Source: Synechococcus sp. (lineage in GTDB: Bacteria; Cyanobacteriota; Cyanobacteriia; PCC-6307; Cyanobiaceae). Taken from it: a stretch of 40,917 nt of DNA. Location of the stretch: positions 1-40,917 of the forward strand of contig JBGKDM010000256.1 of the NCBI GenBank assembly GCA_042954165.1, in the 5' to 3' direction. The notes under the pieces were generated by a model. It was not told the DNA's origin and did no database searches. It worked only from the letters and a program-made list of their open reading frames with translations. A program made the translations under genes and the position numbers. Positions within the stretch are counted from its first letter, which is position 1; each line of letters begins with the position of its first letter. Below are positions 7,878 through 17,858 of the stretch, piece by piece.

Positions 7878-8276
7878 GTGCACAGTCGCCACAAGCCGCC
7901 ACGGGGATGCCTGGCCGACATCGAGAACTACTTCCAGCAACCTCCGCCGCGCTTTCTCGACCTGGAACTCGCGGTGTGCTGGGTGCTCGACTGCCTGCTG
8001 CACCACGACAGCTATCCGTCAGGACTGCTCCAGCAACTCGAGAAGGACCATCCCCAACTCCGCCTTTCGGAAACCGTCCTGCACCAGGCCCTCGACTTCC
8101 TCGACCGCCAGGAGATGCTGGCCCACTACAGCGAGCGATGTCCGAGCCGCGGCCGTCCACGCAGGATGCTTCATCTGCATGAGAACGCCAGGGGCCAGGC
8201 CCAGAGCCTGATGCCGGCCTGGCACCAATGGCTGCAGCAACGCACCGGCAGCAGCAGGGTGCCGGTGGCGCCCTAG
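7878..8276 (+). CDS. pex: PadR-family regulator, circadian period extender Pex
   Basis: YFQQPPPRFLDLELAVCWVL, DSYPSGL, RLSETVL and RGRPRRM match Pex-type winged-helix proteins. Confidence 0.85.
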   Translation: MHSRHKPPRGCLADIENYFQQPPPRFLDLELAVCWVLDCLLHHDSYPSGLLQQLEKDHPQLRLSETVLHQALDFLDRQEMLAHYSERCPSRGRPRRMLHLHENARGQAQSLMPAWHQWLQQRTGSSRVPVAP

Positions 8277-8309
8277 AACAGTGGGGCTCTGCAGCAGCCC
8301 CACACCAGG

Positions 8310-8867
8310 ATGCTCTCGCCTCAGATCTCCACGCTTCTGCTCACGCTGCTGCTGGCCATCGGGCTGGTCTTTTTTCTGCGGGCAGCCAGCAAGGACCGCA
8401 CCACCGTGGTGGATGTGGCCTCACCCCGTCCACCCCTTGAAGTACTGGAGGGAGTGAGCAGCTGGCTGGAGCAACGGGGCTGGTCGCCCCAGGGTGGCGA
8501 TGCTGAACGTCAGGTGCTCCGTTTCAAGGGTTCCGTGGCGGCCAGCACCCCACTGGCCCTGCTGCTCTCGGTGCTTGGGACCATCGGTGCAGGCAGCCTG
8601 GGCCTTGTGGTGAGGGAACTGCAACCCGGCCTTGGCTGGTGGCCCCTCGTACTGGCGTCCCTGGGCCCTCTGGCAGGCCAGATCTACCGGAGCCGGGCAG
8701 CCCGCCAGGAAGGGGTGGAGATCCGTCTGATGAACACGGACGACCACGGCAGCGGAAGCACCATTCGGCTGCGTGCGCATCGCGACGAGCTCATCGCCCT
8801 TGAACTCGAGCTGGCGGAAGAACTCGACCTGGCGAGCGACGGGTCCCTTCTGTCCTCCCCCATCTGA
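8310..8867 (+). CDS. ccb1: Cofactor assembly of complex C subunit B (CCB1-like; heme ci attachment to cytochrome b6)
   Basis: STLLLTLLLAIGLVFFLRAASKDRT, three hydrophobic segments and HRDELI. Confidence 0.83.
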   Translation: MLSPQISTLLLTLLLAIGLVFFLRAASKDRTTVVDVASPRPPLEVLEGVSSWLEQRGWSPQGGDAERQVLRFKGSVAASTPLALLLSVLGTIGAGSLGLVVRELQPGLGWWPLVLASLGPLAGQIYRSRAARQEGVEIRLMNTDDHGSGSTIRLRAHRDELIALELELAEELDLASDGSLLSSPI

Positions 8868-8872
8868 AGCCG

Positions 8873-9661
8873 ATGACGCCATCCTGGCTCCTGCTCGCAA
8901 GCCGTCGACCGATGGCATCGGCCCTGGTCATCGGCGGCCTTGTGAGCCTGGGGCTTGGCTTGGCAACGGCCGCCGAAGCACCAGCTCCTCCCAGCGTGGA
9001 TCCCTTGCTTGGCCCGCGGGTGAACCTGAACGCGCAATGGCGAGGTGACCGTGCCGTGTCACAGCACCTTCCCATTCTGGTTTTGGCAGGACATGCCGAT
9101 TCGCAGAACATGAACGGCTCAGGCACCTCAGGGGCCGCTGTCGATCACTACGGGGCCAGCCCCATGGACCCGCGCATGCGGGATGAGCTGTTCTGGAATC
9201 TTCAGGTGCGCGACGCCCTGGTGCGAGAGGGAATCGGCCGCGGCCTGAACATCACGGCGTACACACCGCCAAGCCTCACCATCGCCAACGGAGATCATCC
9301 GACCACCAACTGGTCCAAGGGCAAACTGCATGCGAAGCGCGGTGGTTATGCCCTCGAGATTCACTTCGACGCCTATGGACCCGATGGCTATGGATCCGGC
9401 GTCATCCCTGCCATCCACCGCAGGCCTAACGCCATTGACGAAAGCCTGGCCAACAGTTTCGGGCGTTACCCGATCAACTTCCGAGGTGGCCTGGGTGCAC
9501 CGCGGCGAGGAATCACGATTCTCGAAATCGGCAAGCTGGAAGGCGATCTCGAGCGACGCCTGCGTTCGATCGGCTCACGCCAGGCAACCGTGCATGCGAT
9601 TGCCCGACGGATCACGGATGCCATCCTCAGAGGCATGCCACCGGCAGCAGTTGCCCGCTGA
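8873..9661 (+). CDS. Exported N-acetylmuramoyl-L-alanine amidase-like protein (Amidase_3 fold)
   Basis: Signal peptide plus Zn-ligand-like motifs LVLAGH, DEL, LEIHFD and TILEIG. Confidence 0.72.
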   Translation: MTPSWLLLASRRPMASALVIGGLVSLGLGLATAAEAPAPPSVDPLLGPRVNLNAQWRGDRAVSQHLPILVLAGHADSQNMNGSGTSGAAVDHYGASPMDPRMRDELFWNLQVRDALVREGIGRGLNITAYTPPSLTIANGDHPTTNWSKGKLHAKRGGYALEIHFDAYGPDGYGSGVIPAIHRRPNAIDESLANSFGRYPINFRGGLGAPRRGITILEIGKLEGDLERRLRSIGSRQATVHAIARRITDAILRGMPPAAVAR

Positions 9662-10771
9662 TCAGTTCAGAGCCTGATGGGGGCGGCAGCGATCCTCGAG
9701 TGAAGGATCATCAAACCAGTTCTGAGGACGCGTGAACAGATCCGTCAACAGAGCTTCCCGGGAGCCAGCCTCAGCCTGGTAGCCGTATTCCCAACGCGCC
9801 AGCGGAGGCAGGGACATCAGGATTGATTCCGTGCGTCCATTGGTCTGCAGTCCGAAAATCGTGCCCCTGTCCCAGACCAGATTGAACTCCACGTAACGAC
9901 CGCGGCGATACAGCTGAAACTGCCGCTCACGTTCGCCATAAGACAGAGGATGGCGTTTTTCGACAATCGGCGTATAGGCAGGCAGAAAGCCCTCGCCACA
10001 GGCTTTCGCAAGATCGTGAAGCTGCTCCCAGTTCAACGGTCTTGAACCTGTGGCCTGCGCCACGGATGCGGCTGGGCCGCCGGGATTCTGCCCCTTGTAG
10101 AGCTGGCCGTTCCCATCCTGATAGTCGTAGAAAATTCCGCCGATCCCACGGGTTTCGTTGCGGTGCTTCAGGAAGAAATATTCGTCACACCAGGGCTTGA
10201 ACACTGGGTAGAGGTCAGTGCTGACCGAATCGCAGGCGTCCTTGTGGGTGCGATGGAAATGACGGGCATCGTCCAGGAACGGGTAAAAGGGCGTCAGATC
10301 AGCCCCACCGCCGAACCACCACACCGGCCCCGCCTCGAAGTAGCGGTAGTTCAGATGAACCGTGGGGACGTAGGGATTGCGTGGATGCAGAACCATGGAC
10401 GTCCCGGTGGCAAACCAGGGATGCCCCTTGGCTTCAGGCCGCTGCTTGAGGATGGACGGAGGCAGCTCCTGGCCGTGCACCTCCGAGAAGTTGACCCCGC
10501 CCTGCTCGAAGATGCGCCCCTCACGCATCACCCGTGAACGGCCACCACCTCCCTCAGGACGATCCCAGCTCTCCTCCTCAAAACGACCAACGCCATCGAG
10601 TTGCTCCAGGCCGGAGCAGATGTGATCCTGCAGGCCCATCACCAAGGCCCGGGCACGTTCCCTGGATTGGGCGGGGGGTGGCGAGATGGCAGCAGCTGCA
10701 GTCGTTCCGGACGCTGCACTGGAGGCGATGGAGGCCTTCCCCTTCAGGCGCCTGAGCAGTGAACGAACCAT
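9662..10771 (-). CDS. hemF: Oxygen-dependent coproporphyrinogen III oxidase
   Basis: [45 protein letters not shown] and [10 protein letters not shown]. Start at ATG 10771. Confidence 0.97.
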   Translation of the reverse strand: MVRSLLRRLKGKASIASSAASGTTAAAAISPPPAQSRERARALVMGLQDHICSGLEQLDGVGRFEEESWDRPEGGGGRSRVMREGRIFEQGGVNFSEVHGQELPPSILKQRPEAKGHPWFATGTSMVLHPRNPYVPTVHLNYRYFEAGPVWWFGGGADLTPFYPFLDDARHFHRTHKDACDSVSTDLYPVFKPWCDEYFFLKHRNETRGIGGIFYDYQDGNGQLYKGQNPGGPAASVAQATGSRPLNWEQLHDLAKACGEGFLPAYTPIVEKRHPLSYGERERQFQLYRRGRYVEFNLVWDRGTIFGLQTNGRTESILMSLPPLARWEYGYQAEAGSREALLTDLFTRPQNWFDDPSLEDRCRPHQALN

Positions 10772-10888
10772 GGATGGATCCCGAGGGCAATGCATGGAAC
10801 CTTTTCAGCCCGGGGGCTCTCCCGACAAGAGCACGTGAAGGACTGTCATGGGATCTCACCCCTAGGATCCGGCCATCGGAAGGGTTCC

Positions 10889-11983
10889 ATGGCCACCGCA
10901 GAGCAGGCGATCACAGCGTTGACATCGATTCTGGATGCCGGGACCGGACGCTCAGCCGTGGATCTCGGCTGGATCGATCAGATCCGAGTGGCACCACCTC
11001 GGGCCGTCATCCGCCTCAACCTGCCCAACTTTGCCCAGGGTCAGCGCGAACGGATCGCCCAGGAAAGTCGCGCCTGCCTGCTCGAGCTGAACGGCATTGA
11101 CGATGTTCAGATCGAACTCGGCAGTCCGGCATCGACCCAGAACGGTCAAGCCCAGGGAGGAATCGGTCAGGCAGGTCATGGGCAGGTTGCCGAGCGGCAG
11201 GCCATCCCCGGTGTGCGCCACGTCATCGCCGTCAGCAGTGGCAAGGGGGGCGTCGGCAAGAGCACCGTGGCCGTGAATCTGGCCTGTGCACTGGCCAGCC
11301 AGGGCCTGCGGGTTGGCCTGCTGGATGCCGACATCTACGGTCCGAACGCACCGACCATGCTCGGAGTGGCAGACCGCACCCCTGAGGTGCAGGGAAGTGG
11401 CAGCGAGCAGCGCATGAGCCCGATTGAGAGCTGTGGCGTGGCCATGGTGTCCATGGGCCTGCTGATCGACGACGATCAACCGGTGATCTGGCGTGGCCCG
11501 ATGCTGAACGGGATCATCCGCCAGTTTCTCTACCAGGTCACCTGGGGGGAACGAGATGTTCTTGTTGTCGACCTTCCCCCAGGCACGGGCGATGCCCAAC
11601 TGTCACTGGCCCAAGCCGTTCCCATGGCTGGGGTCGTGATTGTGACGACCCCGCAGCAGGTCGCCCTTCAGGACGCAAGGCGGGGGCTGGCCATGTTCCG
11701 TCAGATGTCCATTCCCGTGTTCGGGGTGGTGGAAAACATGAGCGCCTTCGTTCCGCCGGATCAACCGGACAAGCGATACGCCATCTTCGGGGAAGGGGGC
11801 GGCCAGCGCCTGGCCGATGAATTCGGCACATCCCTGCTCGCCGAGGTCCCCCTCGAAATGCCGGTGACGGCAGGTGGAGACCAAGGCAAACCGATCGTGA
11901 TCAGCCAACCCGACTCGCCCAGTGCCGCCAGCTTCCAGCAGCTGGCACGGGACGTGCATTCCCTTGTGACGTCGGCGACCTGA
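10889..11983 (+). CDS. mrp: Mrp/ApbC/NBP35-family Fe-S carrier ATPase with N-terminal DUF59-like domain
   Basis: SGKGGVGKST, DADIYGP, VIWRGPM, DLPPGTGD, VTTPQ and VENMS. Start at ATG 10889. Confidence 0.94.
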   Translation: MATAEQAITALTSILDAGTGRSAVDLGWIDQIRVAPPRAVIRLNLPNFAQGQRERIAQESRACLLELNGIDDVQIELGSPASTQNGQAQGGIGQAGHGQVAERQAIPGVRHVIAVSSGKGGVGKSTVAVNLACALASQGLRVGLLDADIYGPNAPTMLGVADRTPEVQGSGSEQRMSPIESCGVAMVSMGLLIDDDQPVIWRGPMLNGIIRQFLYQVTWGERDVLVVDLPPGTGDAQLSLAQAVPMAGVVIVTTPQQVALQDARRGLAMFRQMSIPVFGVVENMSAFVPPDQPDKRYAIFGEGGGQRLADEFGTSLLAEVPLEMPVTAGGDQGKPIVISQPDSPSAASFQQLARDVHSLVTSAT

Positions 11984-11985
11984 CG

Positions 11986-13257
11986 ATGCTGGGCCCCAGG
12001 CGACGTCGGCGAAGTCTTCACACGCGTCCGGCCTCGCAGCGCGACCGCGACCAGGTGTTCGAGCTGATCCTCTGGGGCATCCCCCTGGCCATGATCGCCG
12101 TCGCCAGCGTGCTCATCTGGAGCACACAGCGTCAGGCCGATTACGCCGACTGGTTCCAGCACCCGATCACGGCAGGGGTCGGCGTGGCCATCGCGCTGGT
12201 TCTCGCTCGGATTCGTCTTGACAGATTCAGACCTCTGCTGATCCCCATCTACATCACCACCGTGATCAGCCTGATTGCGGTTCGCCTAATCGGAACCTCA
12301 GCACTCGGAGCTCAGCGGTGGATCAGCATCGCCGGTGTGAACGTGCAGCCATCGGAATTCGCCAAGCTTTCAGCCATTCTTCTGCTCGCAGCGGTTCTTG
12401 ACCGCTTTCCTGTCGAACGTCCTGTGGATCTGCTGCGACCCCTCGGGGTGATCGCGCTGCCATGGGCCTTGGTCTTTATCCAGCCGGATCTCGGGACATC
12501 CCTGGTGTTCGGCGCCCTGTTGCTGACGATGCTCTATTGGTCGGGCATGCCCTTCGAGTGGCTGGTGTTGCTGCTGGCACCGATCGGCACAGCGCTGCTG
12601 GCGGGACTTCTCCCTTGGGGATTGGCCCTGTGGATTCCGCTGATGATGCTGATCGCCCATCGCTCACTGCCATGGCGTCGGATGGCAGCGTCAGTGGCAG
12701 GGGGCATTCAGGCCGGTACAGCGGCTGTGACCCCTTGGCTGTGGATGCACGGCCTCAAGGATTACCAGCGAGATCGCTTGATGCTGTTTCTCGACCCCAC
12801 CCAGGATCCCCTCGGCGGGGGATACCACCTCCTGCAGAGCACCGTCGGCATTGGCTCAGGGGGGTGGTTCGGCACAGGATTGCTGCAGGGCCAGCTCACC
12901 AAGCTGCGCTTCATTCCCGAGCAGCACACGGACTTCATTTTCAGCGCCCTGGGGGAAGAGACCGGCTACATCGGCACCGTGCTCGTGGTGATCGGATTTG
13001 TTCTGCTGATGGGCCGACTTGTCCAAGTGGCCAATCAGGCCAGGGGAGATTTCGAGTCGCTTGTTGTGATCGGAGTGGCCACCATGGTGATGTTCCAAGT
13101 TGCCGTGAACATCTTCATGACCATCGGCCTCGGACCCGTCACCGGCATCCCGCTGCCCTTCATGAGCTATGGACGCTCAGCGATGGTGGTGAACTTCATT
13201 GCTCTGGGTCTTTGCCTGTCGGTCGCCAGGCGAGCACGTGCCCAGCAATTGCGGTGA
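11986..13257 (+). CDS. rodA: Rod shape-determining protein RodA (SEDS family)
   Basis: GAQRWI, QPSEFAK, QPDLGT, YQRDRL, IGSGG, FIPEQHTDFIF and GIPLPFMSYG. Confidence 0.95.
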   Translation: MLGPRRRRRSLHTRPASQRDRDQVFELILWGIPLAMIAVASVLIWSTQRQADYADWFQHPITAGVGVAIALVLARIRLDRFRPLLIPIYITTVISLIAVRLIGTSALGAQRWISIAGVNVQPSEFAKLSAILLLAAVLDRFPVERPVDLLRPLGVIALPWALVFIQPDLGTSLVFGALLLTMLYWSGMPFEWLVLLLAPIGTALLAGLLPWGLALWIPLMMLIAHRSLPWRRMAASVAGGIQAGTAAVTPWLWMHGLKDYQRDRLMLFLDPTQDPLGGGYHLLQSTVGIGSGGWFGTGLLQGQLTKLRFIPEQHTDFIFSALGEETGYIGTVLVVIGFVLLMGRLVQVANQARGDFESLVVIGVATMVMFQVAVNIFMTIGLGPVTGIPLPFMSYGRSAMVVNFIALGLCLSVARRARAQQLR

Positions 13258-14624
13258 CCAGCACGATCACACTGACAGCCATTCAGAAGCGGATGGCCGA
13301 AGGACTTGAGATCGGCAGGGTGGATGATCCGACTGCCCGCCGTCTCTGGTGGGCAGCTCTTGAAACGATCCAGGCGGAACTGACCAGCGCGGGAAACCAG
13401 CCGGTCCAGGGCCTGTGGATTGCTGCACCGTTACCAGCCCTCTACGACCCTGCCCTGCTGCAATCCATGCGGGGGTGGGCCTGGACACCTGATCCTCTCA
13501 ACTGGGCTGTAGGGCAACCGGGATCCCTGCTCCCCCCCGAGCAATGTGACTCCAGCAACAATCCAGTCCCCGGATCAGGACGCTCCTACGAGCGGCTCTC
13601 ACTGCATGAATCCGACGGGCTCGACCCCCTGCTGATCGTGATCACCTCCACCTGTCAGGTGGCCCTCGCGCTGCATGGAGCCAGCAATCAGCGGCAACTG
13701 CTGATGCGCTCAGACCCTGCGACCTTGGGGGCTCTTCTGTCGATGGTCGACCAGCGCCTTCAGGAGCAGGCGCCGGAGCAAGCCAGCCACCTGAGAGAAG
13801 CGATCAGGGATCTCGGCCCACTGCAGAGCAGCGAGCAGTTCTCCCAGCGGTTCTGGCCAGGGCTTGCGGAGCGATTGGCCGGCATGGCGCCGAGCCTCAC
13901 TCTCCAGACCCAGGCCTCACCCGACGACAGCATCGATGGGCGGGCCGATGCTGAACTCTCCCTGTTGGAGGCGATCACCCACGAGGTGCGCACACCTCTG
14001 GCCACGATCCGAACCCTGATCCGTTCACTGTTGCGACGGCAAGAGCTCCCTGAGGTGGTTGTCAGCCGCCTGCAGCAGATCGACGCCGAATGCACCGAGC
14101 AGATCGATCGGTTCGGACTGATCTTTCATGCTGCGGAACTGCAGCGTCAACCCACCCCCTCCGGAGATCTGGCACGCACCGACCTGGGGGCCATGCTTCT
14201 GGAGCTCGCCCCGGGATGGGAAGCGAAGCTGCAGCGCCGTGGTGTTGAACTGCATCTCGATCTCACCCCCAACCTTCCAGCCGTGCTCAGTGACGCCGGG
14301 CGACTGGAACCCATGCTGGGAGGCCTGATTGATCGCAGCAGCCGCGGCTTGCCGGCAGGCGCGCAGTTGAACCTGCAGCTGCGTCCGGCCGGTTCACGCC
14401 TGAAACTCCACCTGCGCAGCCAGGTGCAGGCCGACCACACCACCCAGCACCAGAGAGAGCGCACAGCGGAGCTGGGGCCGGTGCTGAGCTGGAACCCCGC
14501 TACGGGCAGCCTCCAGCTGAGCCAGGGAGCAACCCGACGCCTGTTGGCAAGCCTTGGCGGCCGCTTGATTCAGCAGCGCGACCGGGGCCTCACGGTGTTC
14601 TTCCCTGTGGCCGCTGAATGTTGA
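13254..14624 (+). CDS. Atypical sensor histidine kinase (Hik34-like)
   Basis: H-box [13 protein letters not shown]. ATPase region lacks recognisable N/G1/G2 boxes and there is no TM segment. GTG 13254 overlaps the rodA stop (GTGA). Confidence 0.8.
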   Translation: MTSTITLTAIQKRMAEGLEIGRVDDPTARRLWWAALETIQAELTSAGNQPVQGLWIAAPLPALYDPALLQSMRGWAWTPDPLNWAVGQPGSLLPPEQCDSSNNPVPGSGRSYERLSLHESDGLDPLLIVITSTCQVALALHGASNQRQLLMRSDPATLGALLSMVDQRLQEQAPEQASHLREAIRDLGPLQSSEQFSQRFWPGLAERLAGMAPSLTLQTQASPDDSIDGRADAELSLLEAITHEVRTPLATIRTLIRSLLRRQELPEVVVSRLQQIDAECTEQIDRFGLIFHAAELQRQPTPSGDLARTDLGAMLLELAPGWEAKLQRRGVELHLDLTPNLPAVLSDAGRLEPMLGGLIDRSSRGLPAGAQLNLQLRPAGSRLKLHLRSQVQADHTTQHQRERTAELGPVLSWNPATGSLQLSQGATRRLLASLGGRLIQQRDRGLTVFFPVAAEC

Positions 14625-14681
14625 CGGGTGTGAAGCTTGCTGACGGGAAGCGGGATCAGGGCCGAATCACGGTGCTACTTT
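14617..14681 (+). promoter_or_regulatory. Putative psaD promoter: extended -10 (TGcTACTTT) with a weak reverse-oriented HLR1/RpaB-like repeat upstream
   Basis: TACTTT at 14676-14681 preceded by TGn. Minus strand of 14617-14634 reads TTCACACC-CG-TCAACATT (11/16 to KTTACAWW-NN-KTTACAWW). Confidence 0.35.
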
Positions 14682-14719
14682 CCAGCCGTAACGGCATGCC
14701 GATTTTTCCGAGGACAGCC

Positions 14720-15151
14720 ATGACAGCAACGGCGTTGAACGGTCAGCTCCCCCAGTTCATCGGAAGCACCGGTGGACTTCTGAACGCCGCGGAGACGGAA
14801 GAGAAGTACGCCATCACCTGGACCAGCGGTTCTGCTCAGGCATTCGAACTGCCCACTGGTGGTGCAGCGATGATGAATCAGGGCGAAAACATCATGTATT
14901 TCGCCCGTAAGGAACAGTGCCTCGCCCTTGGCACCCAGCTCCGCACCAAGTTCAAGCCCCGGATCGAGGACTACAAGATCTACCGGATCTTCCCCGGTGG
15001 CGACACCGAATTCCTCCATCCCAGTGATGGCGTTTTCCCCGAGAAAGTGAACGAAGGTCGTCAGATGGTGGGCCACAACGCCCGACGCATCGGTCAGAAC
15101 ACCAACCCCGCCAACATCAAGTTCAGCGGCAGGAACACCTTCGACGCCTGA
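14720..15151 (+). CDS. psaD: Photosystem I subunit II
   Basis: [36 protein letters not shown] and [19 protein letters not shown] before ATG 14720. Confidence 0.98.
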   Translation: MTATALNGQLPQFIGSTGGLLNAAETEEKYAITWTSGSAQAFELPTGGAAMMNQGENIMYFARKEQCLALGTQLRTKFKPRIEDYKIYRIFPGGDTEFLHPSDGVFPEKVNEGRQMVGHNARRIGQNTNPANIKFSGRNTFDA

Positions 15152-15192
15152 TTCCGTCGACAATCGTCGGTCAGGGCTGCGACAATCCCCCA

Positions 15193-16719
15193 ATGCTCAG
15201 CCCCGACCGCGCCGCCTTCCTTGAGGCTGCTTCCTCTGGTGCCACGTTCATTCCCGTGGCACACAGCTGGCCAGCAGATCTGGAGACCCCACTCACCACA
15301 TGGCTCAAGGTGGGAGAGGGCCGACCTCCCGGGGTGTTGCTCGAATCCGTCGAGGGTGGAGAAACCCTCGGCAGATACAGCGTTATCGCCTGTGACCCTT
15401 TATGGACACTGACGGCCCGCGACGACCGCATTGAACGCTGCTGGAGAGATGGCCGGAACGACCGGCTGACTGGGAATCCCTTCGATGTTCTGCGTTCGTC
15501 CCTGACCCCCTACAGGCCTGGGAGCCTGCCCGGACTGCCACCGATCGGCCAGCTGTTCGGAATCTGGAGCTACGAACTCATCCGTTGGATCGAACCGTCA
15601 GTTCCCACCCATGACGCTCCAGCGGGAGCACCGCCGGACGGTGTGTGGATGCTCATGGACAGCATCCTGATCTTTGATCAGGCGAAGCGGCTGATCACAG
15701 CCGTGGCCTACGCCGATCTCACTGAGGACAGCGGGCAGACTCCGGAGCAGGCCTGGGACGATGCCATGGCCAGGATTGCCCGACTGGAGGAGCGCATGGC
15801 AGCCCCCCTGCCTGGGATCCGACCACTGCGCTGGAGCCCGACGGGGCAATCCACCCCACGCACCACCAGCAACCGGAGTCGCGATGACTTCGAGGCTGCT
15901 GTGGAGCGTGGACGTGAGCACATCGCGGCCGGCGATGTCTTCCAGCTGGTATTGAGTCAGCGACTGGAAACCGAGGTTCCCCAGAAACCGTTGGAGCTGT
16001 ATCGCAGTCTCCGCATGGTGAATCCATCGCCGTACATGGCGTTCTTCGACTTTGGGGACTGGCAGCTGATCGGCTCAAGCCCCGAAGTGATGGTGAAGGC
16101 CGATCCGGTGCCGGGAGGGATCAAGGCAAGCCTGCGACCGATTGCCGGCACCCGTCCCCGCGGCCACTCGGAACTGGAGGATCGGAACCTCGAAGCAGAT
16201 CTGCTTGCAGACCCCAAGGAGCGTGCCGAGCACGTGATGCTTGTGGACCTGGGTCGCAACGATCTCGGCAGGGTCTGTCAGCCGGGATCTGTCGAGGTCA
16301 AGGACCTGATGGTGATTGAGCGGTATTCCCATGTGATGCACATCGTGAGCCAGGTGGAGGGTCGCCTGGCTGCCGACCATGACGTCTGGGATCTGCTCAT
16401 GGCCTCATTCCCTGCGGGGACGGTCAGCGGCGCGCCAAAAATCCGCGCCATGCAGTTGATCCATGAGCTGGAGCCCGATGCCCGCGGTCCGTATTCAGGG
16501 GTGTATGGATCCGTGGATCTCGGTGGGGCCCTGAACACCGCCATCACTATTCGCACCATGGTGGTGCAACCGAGTCCCGGGGGTGGATGCCGGATCCAGG
16601 TTCAGGCCGGTGCGGGTGTCGTTGCCGACTCGAAGCCCGACGCCGAATACCAGGAAACGTTGAACAAGGCCAAGGGGATGCTCACAGCGCTGGCCTGCCT
16701 CGAGGATCCCTCCGCATGA
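15193..16719 (+). CDS. trpE: Anthranilate synthase component I
   Basis: DLETPL, LLESVEGG, GDVFQLVLSQR, NPSPYM, PIAGTRPRG, KERAEHVMLVDLGRND and FPAGTVSGAPK. Confidence 0.96.
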   Translation: MLSPDRAAFLEAASSGATFIPVAHSWPADLETPLTTWLKVGEGRPPGVLLESVEGGETLGRYSVIACDPLWTLTARDDRIERCWRDGRNDRLTGNPFDVLRSSLTPYRPGSLPGLPPIGQLFGIWSYELIRWIEPSVPTHDAPAGAPPDGVWMLMDSILIFDQAKRLITAVAYADLTEDSGQTPEQAWDDAMARIARLEERMAAPLPGIRPLRWSPTGQSTPRTTSNRSRDDFEAAVERGREHIAAGDVFQLVLSQRLETEVPQKPLELYRSLRMVNPSPYMAFFDFGDWQLIGSSPEVMVKADPVPGGIKASLRPIAGTRPRGHSELEDRNLEADLLADPKERAEHVMLVDLGRNDLGRVCQPGSVEVKDLMVIERYSHVMHIVSQVEGRLAADHDVWDLLMASFPAGTVSGAPKIRAMQLIHELEPDARGPYSGVYGSVDLGGALNTAITIRTMVVQPSPGGGCRIQVQAGAGVVADSKPDAEYQETLNKAKGMLTALACLEDPSA

Positions 16720-17858
16720 CCAGCCCCCTTCTCCTCAAGGGATTTGAAATCGAGCTGTTCACAGGCCGCACCAGTGGCGACCACGTCGGGATCTCCACGG
16801 ACGCGGCCAGGGACCTCGATGGTTTCGTCACCGAGCCTGACCATCGCAACCTGGAGTACATCACCGCTCCCGAAGCCGACTACACCCTTCTCAAAGAAGC
16901 GTTGCTGCAGCCACGCCGCGAGCTGCGTGCCTGGCTTCAGACCCGTGAGCTGACACTGCTACCCGGCAGCACCTTGAGTCTGGGCGATCCCACACGGTTC
17001 GAACGCTCGGATGCACTCAACCCATATCACTCCCTGATTGAAGCCACCTACGGCACACGGGTGGTGACAGCCAGCGTCCACATCAATCTCGGAATTTCCG
17101 ACAGCAGCGCTCTCTTCGCCGCACTCCGGCTGATCCGCTGTGAAGCAGCACTGCTGCTGGCACTGAGCGCCAGTTCACCATTTCTGGGTGGACAAACCAC
17201 AGGTGCACACTCCCAACGCTGGCTGCAGTTTCCCCTCACACCGGCCGACGTGCCTCTTTTCAGGGATCACACCCACTTTGTGGGCTGGATCGAAGATCAG
17301 CTCCGGCAGGGCAGCATGCACAACGTGCGTCATCTCTGGACCTCGGTCCGACCGAACGGTCCTGATCGTCCCCATGCACTGAACCGTCTTGAGCTGCGCA
17401 TCTGCGATCTGATCACCGACCCCGATCTCCTGCTGGCCATCACTGCGCTGCTCGAACTCCGCGTCTTGATGCTCCTGCGCGACCCTGCCGCGCTTGACCC
17501 TTTCCAGATCAGTCGCCTCAGCCCTGCCAAGCTCCAGCATCTCTGCGACAGCAACGATGCAGCGGCAGCCCGCTCCAGCCTTGATGCGGAGCTCCACCAC
17601 TGGCAGGACGATCGTGCAATCAACTGTCGGGTCTGGATCGAGGACCTCTGCCGGGCCGTCACACCGCTGGCGGAGGAGCTCAACCTGCAGGAGAGGCTCG
17701 CACCGATCAGCACCGTGCTGTCGAAGGGCAACCAGGCGATGCGCTGGCTGAACGCCCATGGGAGCGGGGTTTCAATCCCCTCGGTGATCCAGAGCGGCAT
17801 CGCGGAAATGGCGCGTCAGGAACAGATGAACAGTCAAGCGACGGACGCTTTGGGATGA
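16716..17858 (+). CDS. gshA: Glutamate--cysteine ligase (cyanobacterial type)
   Basis: [44 protein letters not shown] and [13 protein letters not shown] overlap with trpE. Confidence 0.93.
   Translation: MTSPLLLKGFEIELFTGRTSGDHVGISTDAARDLDGFVTEPDHRNLEYITAPEADYTLLKEALLQPRRELRAWLQTRELTLLPGSTLSLGDPTRFERSDALNPYHSLIEATYGTRVVTASVHINLGISDSSALFAALRLIRCEAALLLALSASSPFLGGQTTGAHSQRWLQFPLTPADVPLFRDHTHFVGWIEDQLRQGSMHNVRHLWTSVRPNGPDRPHALNRLELRICDLITDPDLLLAITALLELRVLMLLRDPAALDPFQISRLSPAKLQHLCDSNDAAAARSSLDAELHHWQDDRAINCRVWIEDLCRAVTPLAEELNLQERLAPISTVLSKGNQAMRWLNAHGSGVSIPSVIQSGIAEMARQEQMNSQATDALG

Noticed and set aside
12462-13253. 720-aa ORF giving the kinase a 264-aa N-terminal extension
   Set aside because: The extension is an alternate frame of rodA with Arg/Gly/Ala-rich shadow composition. 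The GTGA overlap at 13254 is the natural start.
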